Shown here in pieces: positions 1-11,105 of a stretch of DNA of 64,000 nt; position 1 is the stretch's first letter, and each line of letters opens with the position of its first letter. This stretch comes from Eledone cirrhosa. Taxonomy: Eukaryota. The stretch lies in the NCBI GenBank assembly GCA_964016885.1, contig OZ024764.1, positions 26,474,001 through 26,538,000 of the forward strand, given 5' to 3'. A model generated the notes under the pieces. It made no database searches. It was not told the origin of the DNA and saw only the letters and a list, made by a program, of their open reading frames with translations. A program made the translations under genes and the position numbers.

Positions 1-357
1 ATATAGTGAGTTCAAATCTGACTGACATGCATGGTATATATTTATGTTTCATTATACAACGACACAATACACAGGAACTTATAAAGATATGTATATATTG
101 TCCAGGAGTTTCGAGTTTAGTGGGAATTGGTACAACTCTCAATTGGAGCTAGTTCCTGCAAGATCAGCATAAATAATGTTATACCTTTTCATGAAATCTT
201 GCACACCCGATGTTTTATACATGATTATTTAAAGGTGAACAAAAACCAAAGAACATTGTGCAGCATTTCTCAACCTTTCTACCCATGTCGATCTCTTGAA
301 ATAGTTTTTATGTCTCAGGGATGCCCTGCATAAAATATACTTTTTCTATCTCTAGAG

Positions 358-410
358 CAGTGGTTCCCAAATCGTGTGCTGCGAGATGAAACAAGATGAG
401 CTGCAAAAGA
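358..410 (+). mobile_element. hAT/Charlie-like terminal fragment (repeated at ~2938, 5519, 17530, 20241, 22942, 57638)
   Basis: CAGTGGTTCCCAAA terminus immediately preceded by CTCTAGAG (350-357), which fits the NTCTAGAN target consensus of Charlie-type hAT elements; no matching other end nearby. Confidence 0.55.
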
Positions 411-480
411 CTAAGATTAAGTTTTAAGATGTGAAAAATATAAAACTGAAATTTCATATAAAAGTTCAAATATAGCTACA

Positions 481-710
481 GCCACAAACCTAGGCTCCAC
501 ACCCCGCAATGCAAAGGATAGTAAGATAGTACCAAGGCCTGACTCACCTCTTCCACTCCATTGAGACCTCTGCCATACTTGGTCCCTGTACTGCTGATTT
601 CCTCCATAAAGTCGGGAGGAAAGACGACAGGAGCCTCATGAGGAGGGGCGACTATTGTAGCAGGTGTCTCTGGCCTTGCTCCGAGGTAACGCTTTTACGT
701 TTCTTCCACA
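481..710 (+). pseudogene. CRE/R2-type non-LTR retrotransposon C-terminal RLE endonuclease remnant (copies at ~3061, 5642, 17653, 20364, 23065, 57761)
   Basis: Manual translation across frameshifts gives ATNLGSTPRNA(K/E)DSKI / YQGLTHLFHSIETSAILGPCTADFLHKVGRK / EPHEEGRLL*QVSLALLRGNA, matching the F.P.AVET.G..G...FL..LG and Q.LS.A+.RGNA motifs of CRE-like elements. Confidence 0.6.
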
Positions 711-1081
711 GGTTGCGGCTGAGGGACCACTTAGACTGGGGTGAAGTGTCTGTCCCTCCCCCGACTTCTTACTTCTTTTTTTTTCTCATTTTCATTTTCT
801 TTTCTCTTCTTGCTTATCTCTGCTATACCACGGCATCAAAAACATATATGATATGTGTATGTATGGTATAGGTGTATTTATATTTAGGATAGTTATCAAA
901 GGTAAATAGACTGGTTGAAGCAATAACAGTCTTGTTTATGTATATACACACATATATATATATATATATATATATCTGTTTGTTCTTGTATTTCCATAGA
1001 AAAGGTAAAGAAAAGAAGAATGCTCTATGTATTGTACAGAGCTATTTAATTACATAATAAACAACAGAATATAATTATTCC

Positions 1082-1335
1082 ATGCAAATAGACTTAGACT
1101 GGAAAACATTCAGACAGAGAAGAATGGATAATGAGCGTCGTAAGAGAAATTGGCCAACAATTAATATTAATGGAAATGTAGAAGGATTTCATATTAGTGA
1201 TATGAATGTTTCGTGTGATCACTGTGGAGCTTTGAAATTTAGAAATGAAAATTGTAACTGTTGTAATAAAGGAAAGGTTGTGTTGCCACCATTGCAAATA
1301 TACCCTGAGAGACTGAGAAATCTCTTTGAAAGAGA
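1082..1335 (+). pseudogene. Truncated Helitron RepHel N-terminal Cys-rich segment
   Basis: MNVSCDHCGALKFRNENCNCCNKGKVVLPPLQIYPERLRNLF is the Helitron CxxC...CC..GKV.LP.L motif; it is cut off at the fold-back. Confidence 0.8.
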
Positions 1336-1358
1336 TTTCTCAGTCTCTCAGGGTATAT
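1298..1358. repeat. Perfect 30-bp-arm fold-back palindrome (also ~3879-3939, 18497-18557, 21198-21258)
   Basis: atataccctgagagactgagaaatctcttt-g-aaagagatttctcagtctctcagggtatat; the copy at ~18.5 kb has two mismatches. Confidence 0.95.
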
Positions 1359-2066
1359 ATTCCCGCCGTTGAAATAAAAATTTTAATAGAAAAACGGCGG
1401 GAATATATGTTACAACCCAATCTATATATATTTAGGTTGTAACATATATTCCCGCCGTTGAAATAAAAATTTTAATAGAAAAACGGCGGGAATATATGTT
1501 ACAGCCCAATCTATATATATTTGGGTTTTAACATATATTCCCGCCGTTGAAATAAACATTTTAATAGAAAAACGGCGGGAATATATGTTACAACCCAATC
1601 TACATATATTTGGGTTGTAACATATATTCCCACCGTTGAAATAAAAATTTTAATAGAAAAACGGCGGGAATATATGTTACAACCCAATCTACATATATTT
1701 GGGTTGTAACATATATTCCCGCCGTTGAAATAAAAATTTTAACATAAAAACGGCGGGAATATATATTACAACCCAAACATATATAGGTTGGGTTGTAACA
1801 TATATTCCCGCCGTTTTTCTATTAAAATTTTTATTTCAACGGCGGGAATATATGTTACAACCCCAAAATATGTAGCTTGGATTGTAACATATATTCCCGC
1901 CGTTTTTCTATTAAAATTTTTATTTCAACGGCGGGAATATATGTTACAACTCAAATATATATAGATTGGGTTGTAACATATATTCCCGCCGTTTTTCTAT
2001 TAAAATTTTTATTTCACCGGCAGGAATATGTTACAACCCAAATATATATATATTGAGTTGTAACAT
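1355..2066. repeat. 89-bp alternating-inverted-repeat array, 8 units
   Basis: tcccgccgtt (one copy tcccaccgtt) recurs at 1361, 1450, 1539, 1628, 1717, 1806, 1895, 1984; unit = 28-bp R' + 22-nt loop + 28-bp R + 11-nt loop; 5 units in one loop orientation, then 3 reversed. Confidence 0.95.
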
Positions 2067-2147
2067 GGGTTACATATAAGGTCTCATTTTTTTTCTTTTC
2101 TTTCTTTCAGTTTTCTTCTTATCTCTAGATATAAATATATATACATA

Positions 2148-2256
2148 AGGTAACTTGGTAGAATTGTTAGAACATCAGATAGAATTCTTTGCAGTATTTT
2201 TCCAGTTCTTTACTCTGAGTTCAACTTTACCTTTCTTCCATTCAGTGTCGATAAGT
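2148..2256 (+). mobile_element. Degenerate tRNA-derived SINE fragment (present in each 2.6-kb unit)
   Basis: ttggtagaattgttagaac...ctgagttcaactttacctttcttccattcagtgtcgataag is a decayed plus-strand version of the SINE at 6737-6905 (A-box/B-box remnants). Confidence 0.5.
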
Positions 2257-3662
2257 CTTGAATATGTCTAACGTAGCAATAACTGGAGCTACTTAACCAA
2301 GTTTTCCCAACCTAGTCGATGTCACCTACTGGTTGGCGATTTAAACTGTTGGCTGCGACAATGACCAACTAATCAGTCAGATTCGAACTCACTATGTCTG
2401 GCATATATTTTATATTTTATATTTGAATGAAGTTCTGTAAGTAACCTGGTGGCTTAGATGGCAATACTGCTCGAATAGATGGCTTCTAGTTCATTCCCTA
2501 TCCAGGATTGTAGAATTAATTTTATTTAGTTATTATTTAATCAATTGTTTTAACAAACAAATTATATCTATAAAACGCCAAATATAGTGAGTTCAAATCT
2601 GACTGACATGCATGGTATATATTTATGTTTCATTATACAGCGACACAATACACAGGAACTTATAAAGATATGTATATATTGTCCAGGAGTTTCGAGTTTA
2701 GTGGGAATTGGTACAACTCTCAGTTGGAGCTAGTCCCTGCAAGATCAGCATAAATAATGTTATACCTTTTCATGAAATCTTGCACACCCGATATTTTATA
2801 CATGATTATTTAAAGGTGAACAAAAACCAAAGAACATTGTGCAGCATTCTCAACCTTTCTACCCATGTCGATCTCTTGAAATAGTTTTTATGTCTCAGGG
2901 AAGCCCTGCATAAAATATACTTTTTCTATCTCTAGAGCAGTGGTTCCCAAATCGTGTGCTGAGAGATGAAACAAGATGAGCTGCAAAAGACTAAGATTAA
3001 GTTTTATGATGTGAAAAATATAAAACTGAAATTTCATATAAAAGTTCAAATATAGCTACAGCCACAAACCTAGGCTCCACACCCCGCAATGCAGAGGATA
3101 GTAAGATAGTACCAAGGCCTGACTCACCTCTTCCACTCCATTGAGACCTCTGCCATACTTGGTCCCTGTACTGCTGATTTCCTCCATAAAGTCGGGAGGA
3201 AAGACGACAGGAGCTTCATGAGGAGGGGCGACTATTGTAGCAGGTGTCTCTGGCCTTGCTCTGAGGTAACGCTTTTACGTTTCTTCCACAGGTTGCGGCT
3301 GAGGGACCACTTAGACTGGGGTGAAGTGTCTGTCCCTCCCCCGACTTCTTACTTCTTTTTTTTTTCTCATTTTCATTTTCTTTTCTCTTCTTGCTTATCT
3401 CTGCTATACCACGGCATCAAAAACATATATGATATATGTATGTATGGTATAGGTGTATTTATATTTAGGATAGTTATCAAAGGTAAATAGACTGGTTGGA
3501 GCAATAACAGTCTTGTTTATGTATGTACACACACATATATATATATATATATATATCTGTTTGTTCTTGTATTTCCATAGAAAAGGTAAAGAAAAGAAGA
3601 ATGCTCTATGTATTGTACAGAGCTATTTAATTACATAATAAACAACAGAATATAATTATTCC

Positions 3663-3916
3663 ATGCAAATAGACTTAGACTGGAAAACATTCAGACAGAG
3701 AAGAATGGATAATGAGCGTCGTAAGAGAAATTGGCCAACAATTAATATTAATGGAAATGTAGAAGGATTTCATATTAGTGATATGAATGTTTCGTGTGAT
3801 CACTGTGGAGCTTTGAAATTTAGAAATGAAAATTGTAACTGTTGTAATAAAGGAAAGGTTGTGTTGCCACCATTGCAAATATACCCTGAGAGACTGAGAA
3901 ATCTCTTTGAAAGAGA
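3663..3916 (+). pseudogene. Truncated Helitron RepHel N-terminal segment
   Basis: Same translation as the 1082 copy. Confidence 0.8.
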
Positions 3917-3935
3917 TTTCTCAGTCTCTCAGGGT

Positions 3936-4647
3936 ATATATTCCCGCCGTTGAAATAAAAATTTTAATAGAAAAACGGCGGGAATATATGTTACAACCCA
4001 ATCTATATATATTTAGGTTGTAACATATATTCCCGCCGTTGAAATAAAAATTTTAATAGAAAAACGGCGGGAATATATGTTACAGCCCAATCTATATATA
4101 TTTGGGTTTTAACATATATTCCCGCCGTTGAAATAAACATTTTAATAGAAAAACGGCGGGAATATATGTTACAACCCAATCTACATATATTTGGGTTGTA
4201 ACATATATTCCCGCCGTTGAAATAAAAATTTTAATAGAAAAACGGCGGGAATATATGTTACAACCCAATCTACATATATTTGGGTTGTAACATATATTCC
4301 CGCCGTTGAAATAAAAATTTTAACATAAAAACGGCGGGAATATATATTACAACCCAAACATATATAGGTTGGGTTGTAACATATATTCCCGCCGTTTTTC
4401 TATTAAAATTTTTATTTCAACGGCGGGAATATATGTTACAACCCCAAAATATGTAGCTTGGATTGTAACATATATTTCCGCCGTTTTTCTATTAAAATTT
4501 TTATTTCAACGGCGGGAATATATGTTACAACTCAAATATATATAGATTGGGTTGTAACATATATTCCCGCCGTTTTTCTATTAAAATTTTTATTTCACCG
4601 GCAGGAATATGTTACAACCCAAATATATATATATTGAGTTGTAACAT
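3936..4647. repeat. 89-bp alternating-inverted-repeat array, 8 units
   Basis: Copy of 1355-2066 at offset 2581. Confidence 0.95.
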
Positions 4648-6106
4648 GGGTTACATATAAGGTCTCATTTTTTTTCTTTTCTTTCTTTCAGTTTTCTTCT
4701 TATCTCTAGATATAAATATATATACATAAGGTAACTTGGTAGAATTGTTAGAACATCAGATAGAATTCTTTGCAGTATTTTTCCAGTTCTTTACTCTGAG
4801 TTCAACTTTACCTTTCTTCCATTCAGTGTCGATAAGTCTTGAATATGTCTAACGTAGCAATAACTGGAGCTACTTAACCAAGTTTTCCCAACCTAGTCGA
4901 TGTCACCTACTGGTTGGCGATTTAAACTGTTGGCTGCGACAATGACCAACTAATCAGTCAGATTCGAACTCACTATGTCTGGCATATATTTTATATTTTA
5001 TATTTGAATGAAGTTCTGTAAGTAACCTGGTGGCTTAGATGGCAATACTGCTCGAATAGATGGCTTCTAGTTCATTCCCTATCCAGGATTGTAGAATTAA
5101 TTTTATTTAGTTATTATTTAATCAATTGTTTTAACAAACAAATTATATCTATAAAACGCCAAATATAGTGAGTTCAAATCTGACTGACATGCATGGTATA
5201 TATTTATGTTTCATTATACAGCGACACAATACACAGGAACTTATAAAGATATGTATATATTGTCCAGGAGTTTCGAGTTTAGTGGGAATTGGTACAACTC
5301 TCAGTTGGAGCTAGTCCCTGCAAGATCAGCATAAATAATGTTATACCTTTTCATGAAATCTTGCACACCCGATATTTTATACATGATTATTTAAAGGTGA
5401 ACAAAAACCAAAGAACATTGTGCAGCATTCTCAACCTTTCTACCCATGTCGATCTCTTGAAATAGTTTTTATGTCTCAGGGAAGCCCTGCATAAAATATA
5501 CTTTTTCTATCTCTAGAGCAGTGGTTCCCAAATCGTGTGCTGAGAGATGAAACAAGATGAGCTGCAAAAGACTAAGATTAAGTTTTATGATGTGAAAAAT
5601 ATAAAACTGAAATTTCATATAAAAGTTCAAATATAGCTACAGCCACAAACCTAGGCTCCACACCCCGCAATGCAGAGGATAGTAAGATAGTACCAAGGCC
5701 TGACTCACCTCTTCCACTCCATTGAGACCTCTGCCATACTTGGTCCCTGTACTGCTGATTTCCTCCATAAAGTCGGGAGGAAAGACGACAGGAGCTTCAT
5801 GAGGAGGGGCGACTATTGTAGCAGGTGTCTCTGGCCTTGCTCTGAGGTAACGCTTTTACGTTTCTTCCACAGGTTGCGGCTGAGGGACCACTTAGACTGG
5901 GGTGAAGTGTCTGTCCCTCCCCCGACTTCTTACTTCTTTTTTTTTCTCATTTTCATTTTCTTTTCTCTTCTTGCTTATCTCTGCTATACCACGGCATCAA
6001 AAACATATATGATATATGTATGTATGGTATAGGTGTATTTATATTTAGGATAGTTATCAAAGGTAAATAGACTGGTTGGAGCAATAACAGTCTTGTTTAT
6101 GTATGT

Positions 6107-6151
<45 letters not shown>

Positions 6152-6736
6152 TGTTCTTGTATTTCCATAGAAAAGGTAAAGAAAAGAAGAATGCTCTATG
6201 TATTGTACAGAGCTATTTAATTACATAATAAACAACAGAATATAATTATTCCATGCAAATAGACTTAGAATGGAAAACATTCAGACAGAGAAGAATGGAT
6301 AATGAGCGTCGTAAGAGAAATTGGCCAACAATTAATATTAATGGAAATGTAGAAGAATTTCATATTAGTGATATGAATGTTTCGTGTGATCACTGTGGAG
6401 CTTTGAAATTTAGAAATGAAAATTGTAACTGTTGTAATAAAGGAAAGGTAGTGTTGCCACCATTGCAAATATACCCTGAGAGACTGAGAAATCTCTTTGA
6501 AAGAGGCCAGGAAGCAGTTGATTTCACAGAAACATCTGCAATTAAAACTACATTTATTTCACTTCATTTGGTGTTACCACCCGGCAGAGGCCCGTATAGA
6601 TTTCATATTCAGGGTCAAACATATCAATACACACCCATCTCTGTAACCTGCAGAAAATACACCACAATATGGCCAGTTATATATTATTGATGGGAACGAA
6701 GGTGTGTAGCACAGATTGGAAGTACAACCAAATAAT

Positions 6737-6905
6737 TGTTTCTGGCACAAGGCCAGCAATTACTGGTACTTTATTCTATCGACCTCATAAGGATGAAAAC
6801 AAAGTCAACCTTAGAGGGATTTGAACCCAGAACGTAAAGGGCCATAACCCTATGCTGCAAAGCATGGTGTCTGACGCTCTACCGATACTGCCAATCCACT
6901 GCCCT
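6737..6905 (-). mobile_element. tRNA-derived SINE inserted in the Helitron (orthologous copies ~24110-24278, 49014-49182, 58806-58974)
   Basis: Minus strand has A-box TGGCAGTATCGG and B-box GGTTCAAATCC; flanked by an imperfect 16-bp TSD agtacaaccaaataat / agtcccaacaaataat (6721-6736, 6906-6921); resembles Octopus SINEs. Confidence 0.8.
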
Positions 6906-7540
6906 AGTCCCAACAAATAATGACTGCTCACCACAAAAAATGGCTATGATAAGAGAGGTGTTGCATGAATATAATCCATATGTCGAAGTGTACAATACAA
7001 TGCATGGCATCACAAATGAATATATATATATATACTACTAAAGTGTATGTAAAATTTTAAAATAAATACTTAAATTCAATTTGTATAATTACACATACAA
7101 TATGTTTTGTTGTAAAACCCTAAATAATGATTTAAGAAATGATGTCAATCTCTTTGTACAGAGAAAAACAATTTATATATATGCATCGTGTGCGCGTGTA
7201 TACTCCATTTAAGACAGCGAAAAACCTAGTACCTCCTTCAAAGAATGCCAAATAGTTTATGCCTAAGGTGTAACACTAATTAAGTTACTGGTATAGATAT
7301 TTCAGTTGAACCCTGCTTCAAACATGCATATTATTATTATATATTTTCAAACACACTTACATACATTATATTTATACACATAGAAATGTTAAAACTAAAG
7401 TATAATGATATAACAACAGTATATAATAGTTTTCTTCACTTTATTGAGATGCAATCGTTTTAAAGAAAAAACATGACAGTATAAGAAATATTTAATATGA
7501 TAACATAATATTTCAGGTAGGATGGTGGTTTCTCTTTGAA

Positions 7541-7716
7541 CTAATAATTGTTTCTACTTTAGGCACAAGGCCAGCAATTAACCAGTACATTACTGGTACT
7601 TTATTTTATCGACCCCGTAAGGATGAAAGGCAAAGTTAACCTCGGATCGTAAAGGGACGTAACTATGCTGGAAAGCATGGCGTCAGACCCTCTACCGATA
7701 CTGCCAATTCACCATA
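7541..7716 (-). mobile_element. Second SINE of the same family (also ~24936-25110, 59642-59816)
   Basis: tactggtactttattttatcgaccccgtaaggatgaaaggcaaagtt...ctctaccgatactgccaa, homologous to 6737-6905. Confidence 0.75.
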
Positions 7717-7917
7717 CAGTATAATTATACAAATATGCATATAGATAGCAATATATATACACTAATATGTATGTACATATTTATACATATATACATATAT
7801 ATAGGGAGAGAGAGAGACACATGTATGTATATATATATACACATGCGTGTATGTATGTGTTTATGTACATTCTTCGGTATATATATATGAGTCACGGTTT
7901 ATTACACATTGGAGATA

Positions 7918-9152
7918 CAGAGAGAAAGAGTTGAAACGAGAGGTGAGAGAGTTGAAACAAGAGAGGAGAGAGTTGAAACGAGAAAAGAGAGAGAGAGTTG
8001 AAACGAGAGGAGAGAGAGAGAGAGTTGTAACGAGAGGAGAGAGAGAGAGAGAGTTGAAACGAGAGGAGAGAGAGTTGAAACGAGGAGAGAGTTGAAACAA
8101 GAGGGTGAGGGGAGAGAGGGGAGAGAGTGATGAAACGAGTCGGAGATAGAGTGTGAAAGAGAGAGAGAGAGGAAGAGAGAGAGAGAGAGGAAGAGAGAGA
8201 GAGAGGAAGAGAGAGAGAGAAAGAGAGAGAGAGAGGAAGAGAGAGAGAGGAAGAGAGAGAGAGGAAGAGGGAGAGGGGGGATGAAACAAGAGGGTGAGGG
8301 ATGAAACAAGAGAGAGAGGGGAGAGAAAGAGAGAGGGGAGAGAAAGAGAGAGGGGAGAGAAAGAGAGAGAGAGAGAGAGAACGAATTGAAACAAGAGAGA
8401 GATGAAACAAGTGAGGGATTAGAGTGTTGAAACAAGAGAGAGAGGAAGAGAGAGAGAGAGCAAGATGGAACGAGAGAGAGAGAGCGAGATGAAATGAGAG
8501 CGAGATGAAACGAGAGAGAGAGAGAGTGAGATGAAATGAGAGAGAGAGAGAGCGAGAGAGAGAGCGAGATGAAACGAGAGAGAGTGAGAGAGAGAGAGAG
8601 AGCGAGATGAAATGAGACAGAGAGAGCGAGATGAAACGAGAGAGAGAGAGAGCGAGATGAAATGAGAGAGTGAGTGCGAGATGAAATGAGAGAGAGTGAG
8701 AGCGACATGAAATGAGAGAGAGAGAGCGAGATGAAACGAGAGAGAGAGAGAGCGAGATGAAATGAGAGAGAGAGAGCGAGATGAAATGAGAGAGAGAGGA
8801 AACGAGACTAGAGAGCGAGATGAAACAGGAGAGAGAGAGCGAGATGAAACAGGAGAGAGAGAGCGAGATGAAACGAGAGGGAGAGAGAGATGAAATGAGA
8901 GAGCGAGAGAGAGATAGAGGGAGATGAAACGACAGAGAGAGAGACAGATGAAACGAGAGAGAGAAATAGAGATGAAACGAGAGAGAGTGATGAAACGAGA
9001 GAGAGGAAGAGAGAGATGGAACGAGAGAGAGGAAGAGAGAGATGGAACGAGAGAGAGGAAGAGAGAGATGGAACGAGAGAGAGGAAGACAGAGATGAAAT
9101 GAGAGAGAGAGAGAGCGAGATGAAACGAGAGAGAGAGAGCGCGAGATGAAAC
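7918..9152 (+). repeat. GA-rich compound minisatellite (core GAGATGAAAC/TGA + (GA)n)
   Basis: Strongly purine-biased strand; irregular ~20-28-bp units. Confidence 0.95.
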
Positions 9153-9495
9153 TCTGTCATGTAATGTTATGGACATATCTGCCCCTGGGGCTAATAATTG
9201 TCATGTAATGTTATGGTCATCTCTGCCCCTGTGGTTAATAATTCTGTCATGTAATGTTATGGTCATGTCTGCACCTGTGGCTAATAAATCTGTCATGTAA
9301 TGTTATGGTCATCTCTGCCCCTGTGGCTAATAATTCTGTCATGTAATGTTATGGACATCTCTGCCCCTGTGGCTAATAATTCTGACATGTAATGTTATGG
9401 ACATCTCTGCCCCGGTGGCTAATAATTCTGACATGTAATGTTATGGACATCTCTGCCCCTGTGGCTAATAATTCTGACATGTAATGTTATGGACA
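9153..9495 (+). repeat. 46-bp satellite, ~7 copies
   Basis: catgtaatgttatggacatctctgcccctgtggctaataattctga unit. Confidence 0.95.
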
Positions 9496-11105
9496 TTGCT
9501 ATCTTGTTTCATCTCAAACAGCAAAGTGCAAGAAGAGAAAATTGTCGTGTACAGAACTGTGAATTAAGATTTAGAAGAGGATCAGATATGAGCTGCTCTA
9601 ATTTACCAACTAGTAATGATAGCTGTTGTTTTGTGGGGGATTGAGGGCACACCACCTGTACAAAGAGATATTATCATCTTTCCTAAAGACCATCCTCCTC
9701 AGAAAATACCACATAATGCATGCCACTTGGACCTCATGACCGACCGATAATGGTGAATTTTGGTGGCATAGTGCCATGGAGAGGAATGTAGGACCTGTGT
9801 TTGCAATAGACTGACAATGCAGGAGTATTACATATACTGTATAGCATATAGAGGAGGATTTAGTGCGATATATAGGGCAGGTAAATTATTTTAGCAGTAT
9901 TTAGTGGATGCCTATATGAAAGTAGAGGGATGCAGGCTTCAATATTTGAGGAACAATCAAGCCCAATTGTGAGTGGATGAGTATAATGGTTTAATGAATT
10001 ATCTAAACAGATGATAACACTGAGCCTTAAAAAATGAAGACAAGATAAGAAACAGAGAAGACATTGACAGAATCGTGTCAGCAGAAATACCTGCATTGGA
10101 AGATGATCCAGTACTACATGAGCAGGTTTAAAAGTTTATGATCCACAGGCCATGTGGTTCTGGAAACCCTTTTCCCCCATTTATACAAAATGGATTTTTC
10201 AAAAAGAACTATCCAAAAACCTACAGAAGGGAAACATTATTGAACCTAAATGGATACCCAGAGTACAGGAGGTGCAAGACAGGAACTGCAGTGTAAATTG
10301 GATGACATTCAGTAGATAACAGGAATGTTATGCCATTTAATGCCTTTTTGATTAAGAAATATTGTGCACATATTAATGTTGAAGTTTGCGCTTCTGTAAA
10401 AAGTGTCAAGTACCTCTTTAAATATGTTACATGGGGCATGATTGTACATCTATAGAAGTAACGAATAATGCATTACCTAATGAGGCTCAGAACCAACACA
10501 ACCATGATGAAATAAGAACCTATCTTTGTTGCAGGTATGTGTCTCAGCCAGAAGCAGTGTCGTGTCTCTCGGAATTTAAGCTTCATGGTACATCACATAC
10601 AGTATACAGCCTAGCCACACACCTGGAGAACAAACAGAGTTTACTTTCAAAGAGGCAATGCTCAGGTTGTGGTAGAAATGCAGGGACCCTTGCTGCCTGG
10701 TTCAAGCTAAATGAACTTGCTTACACCTTCTGGGATGCCGCCTCACTAACTCCAATTATAAGCAGGATCAATAATAATGCTTCTATGGAATATTTCAATC
10801 CAGAACAGATTATGTAATGGCACAAGATTAGAAGTAGTAGAACTGCATAAACATTTTATCAAAGCTTCTCATATCTATGGTCCTTTGATGGGCAGGTGTG
10901 TTTTGATCCCAAGACTGAAGTTATCCCCCAGTGGTGCCAACATCCCTTTTACTTTGGAAAGACCCCAGTTTCCATTAAGACTGTCATATGCCATGACAAT
11001 CAACAAGAACCATGGTCAAATACATGATAAAGTGGGTCTGTTCCTCCCTGAGCAAGTATTTAACCCTGGACAATTGTATGTTGCTTTTTCAAGAGTTCAC
11101 AGACA

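Larger units (their letters stand above)
1..6505 (+). repeat. Tandem duplication of a ~2581-bp unit (>=3 copies; boundaries at catgggttacatataagg, 2064 and 4645)
   Basis: Near-identical ORFs at 638/3218/5799 and 1082/3663/6253. Confidence 0.95.
7013..9513. mobile_element. Non-coding insert in the Helitron carrying a SINE, GA-minisatellite and 46-bp satellite
   Basis: Absent from copy B, where gcatggca-tca-aacagc is contiguous (~49275-49295); tca flanks both sides here. Confidence 0.8.

Noticed and set aside
127-871. Recurrent 68-aa and 77-aa ORFs as small genes
   Set aside because: The 68-aa ORF is frameshifted in some copies; the 77-aa ORF is an off-frame reading of the CRE-like remnant running into a T-rich tract
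1355-2066. CRISPR-like appearance of the 28-bp repeat/spacer array
   Set aside because: Repeats alternate orientation, spacers are two near-invariant sequences, there are no cas genes, and the context is eukaryotic
8413-8423. gagggattag as a telomere-repeat variant
   Set aside because: Only one or two isolated copies per block; no (TTAGGG)n tract
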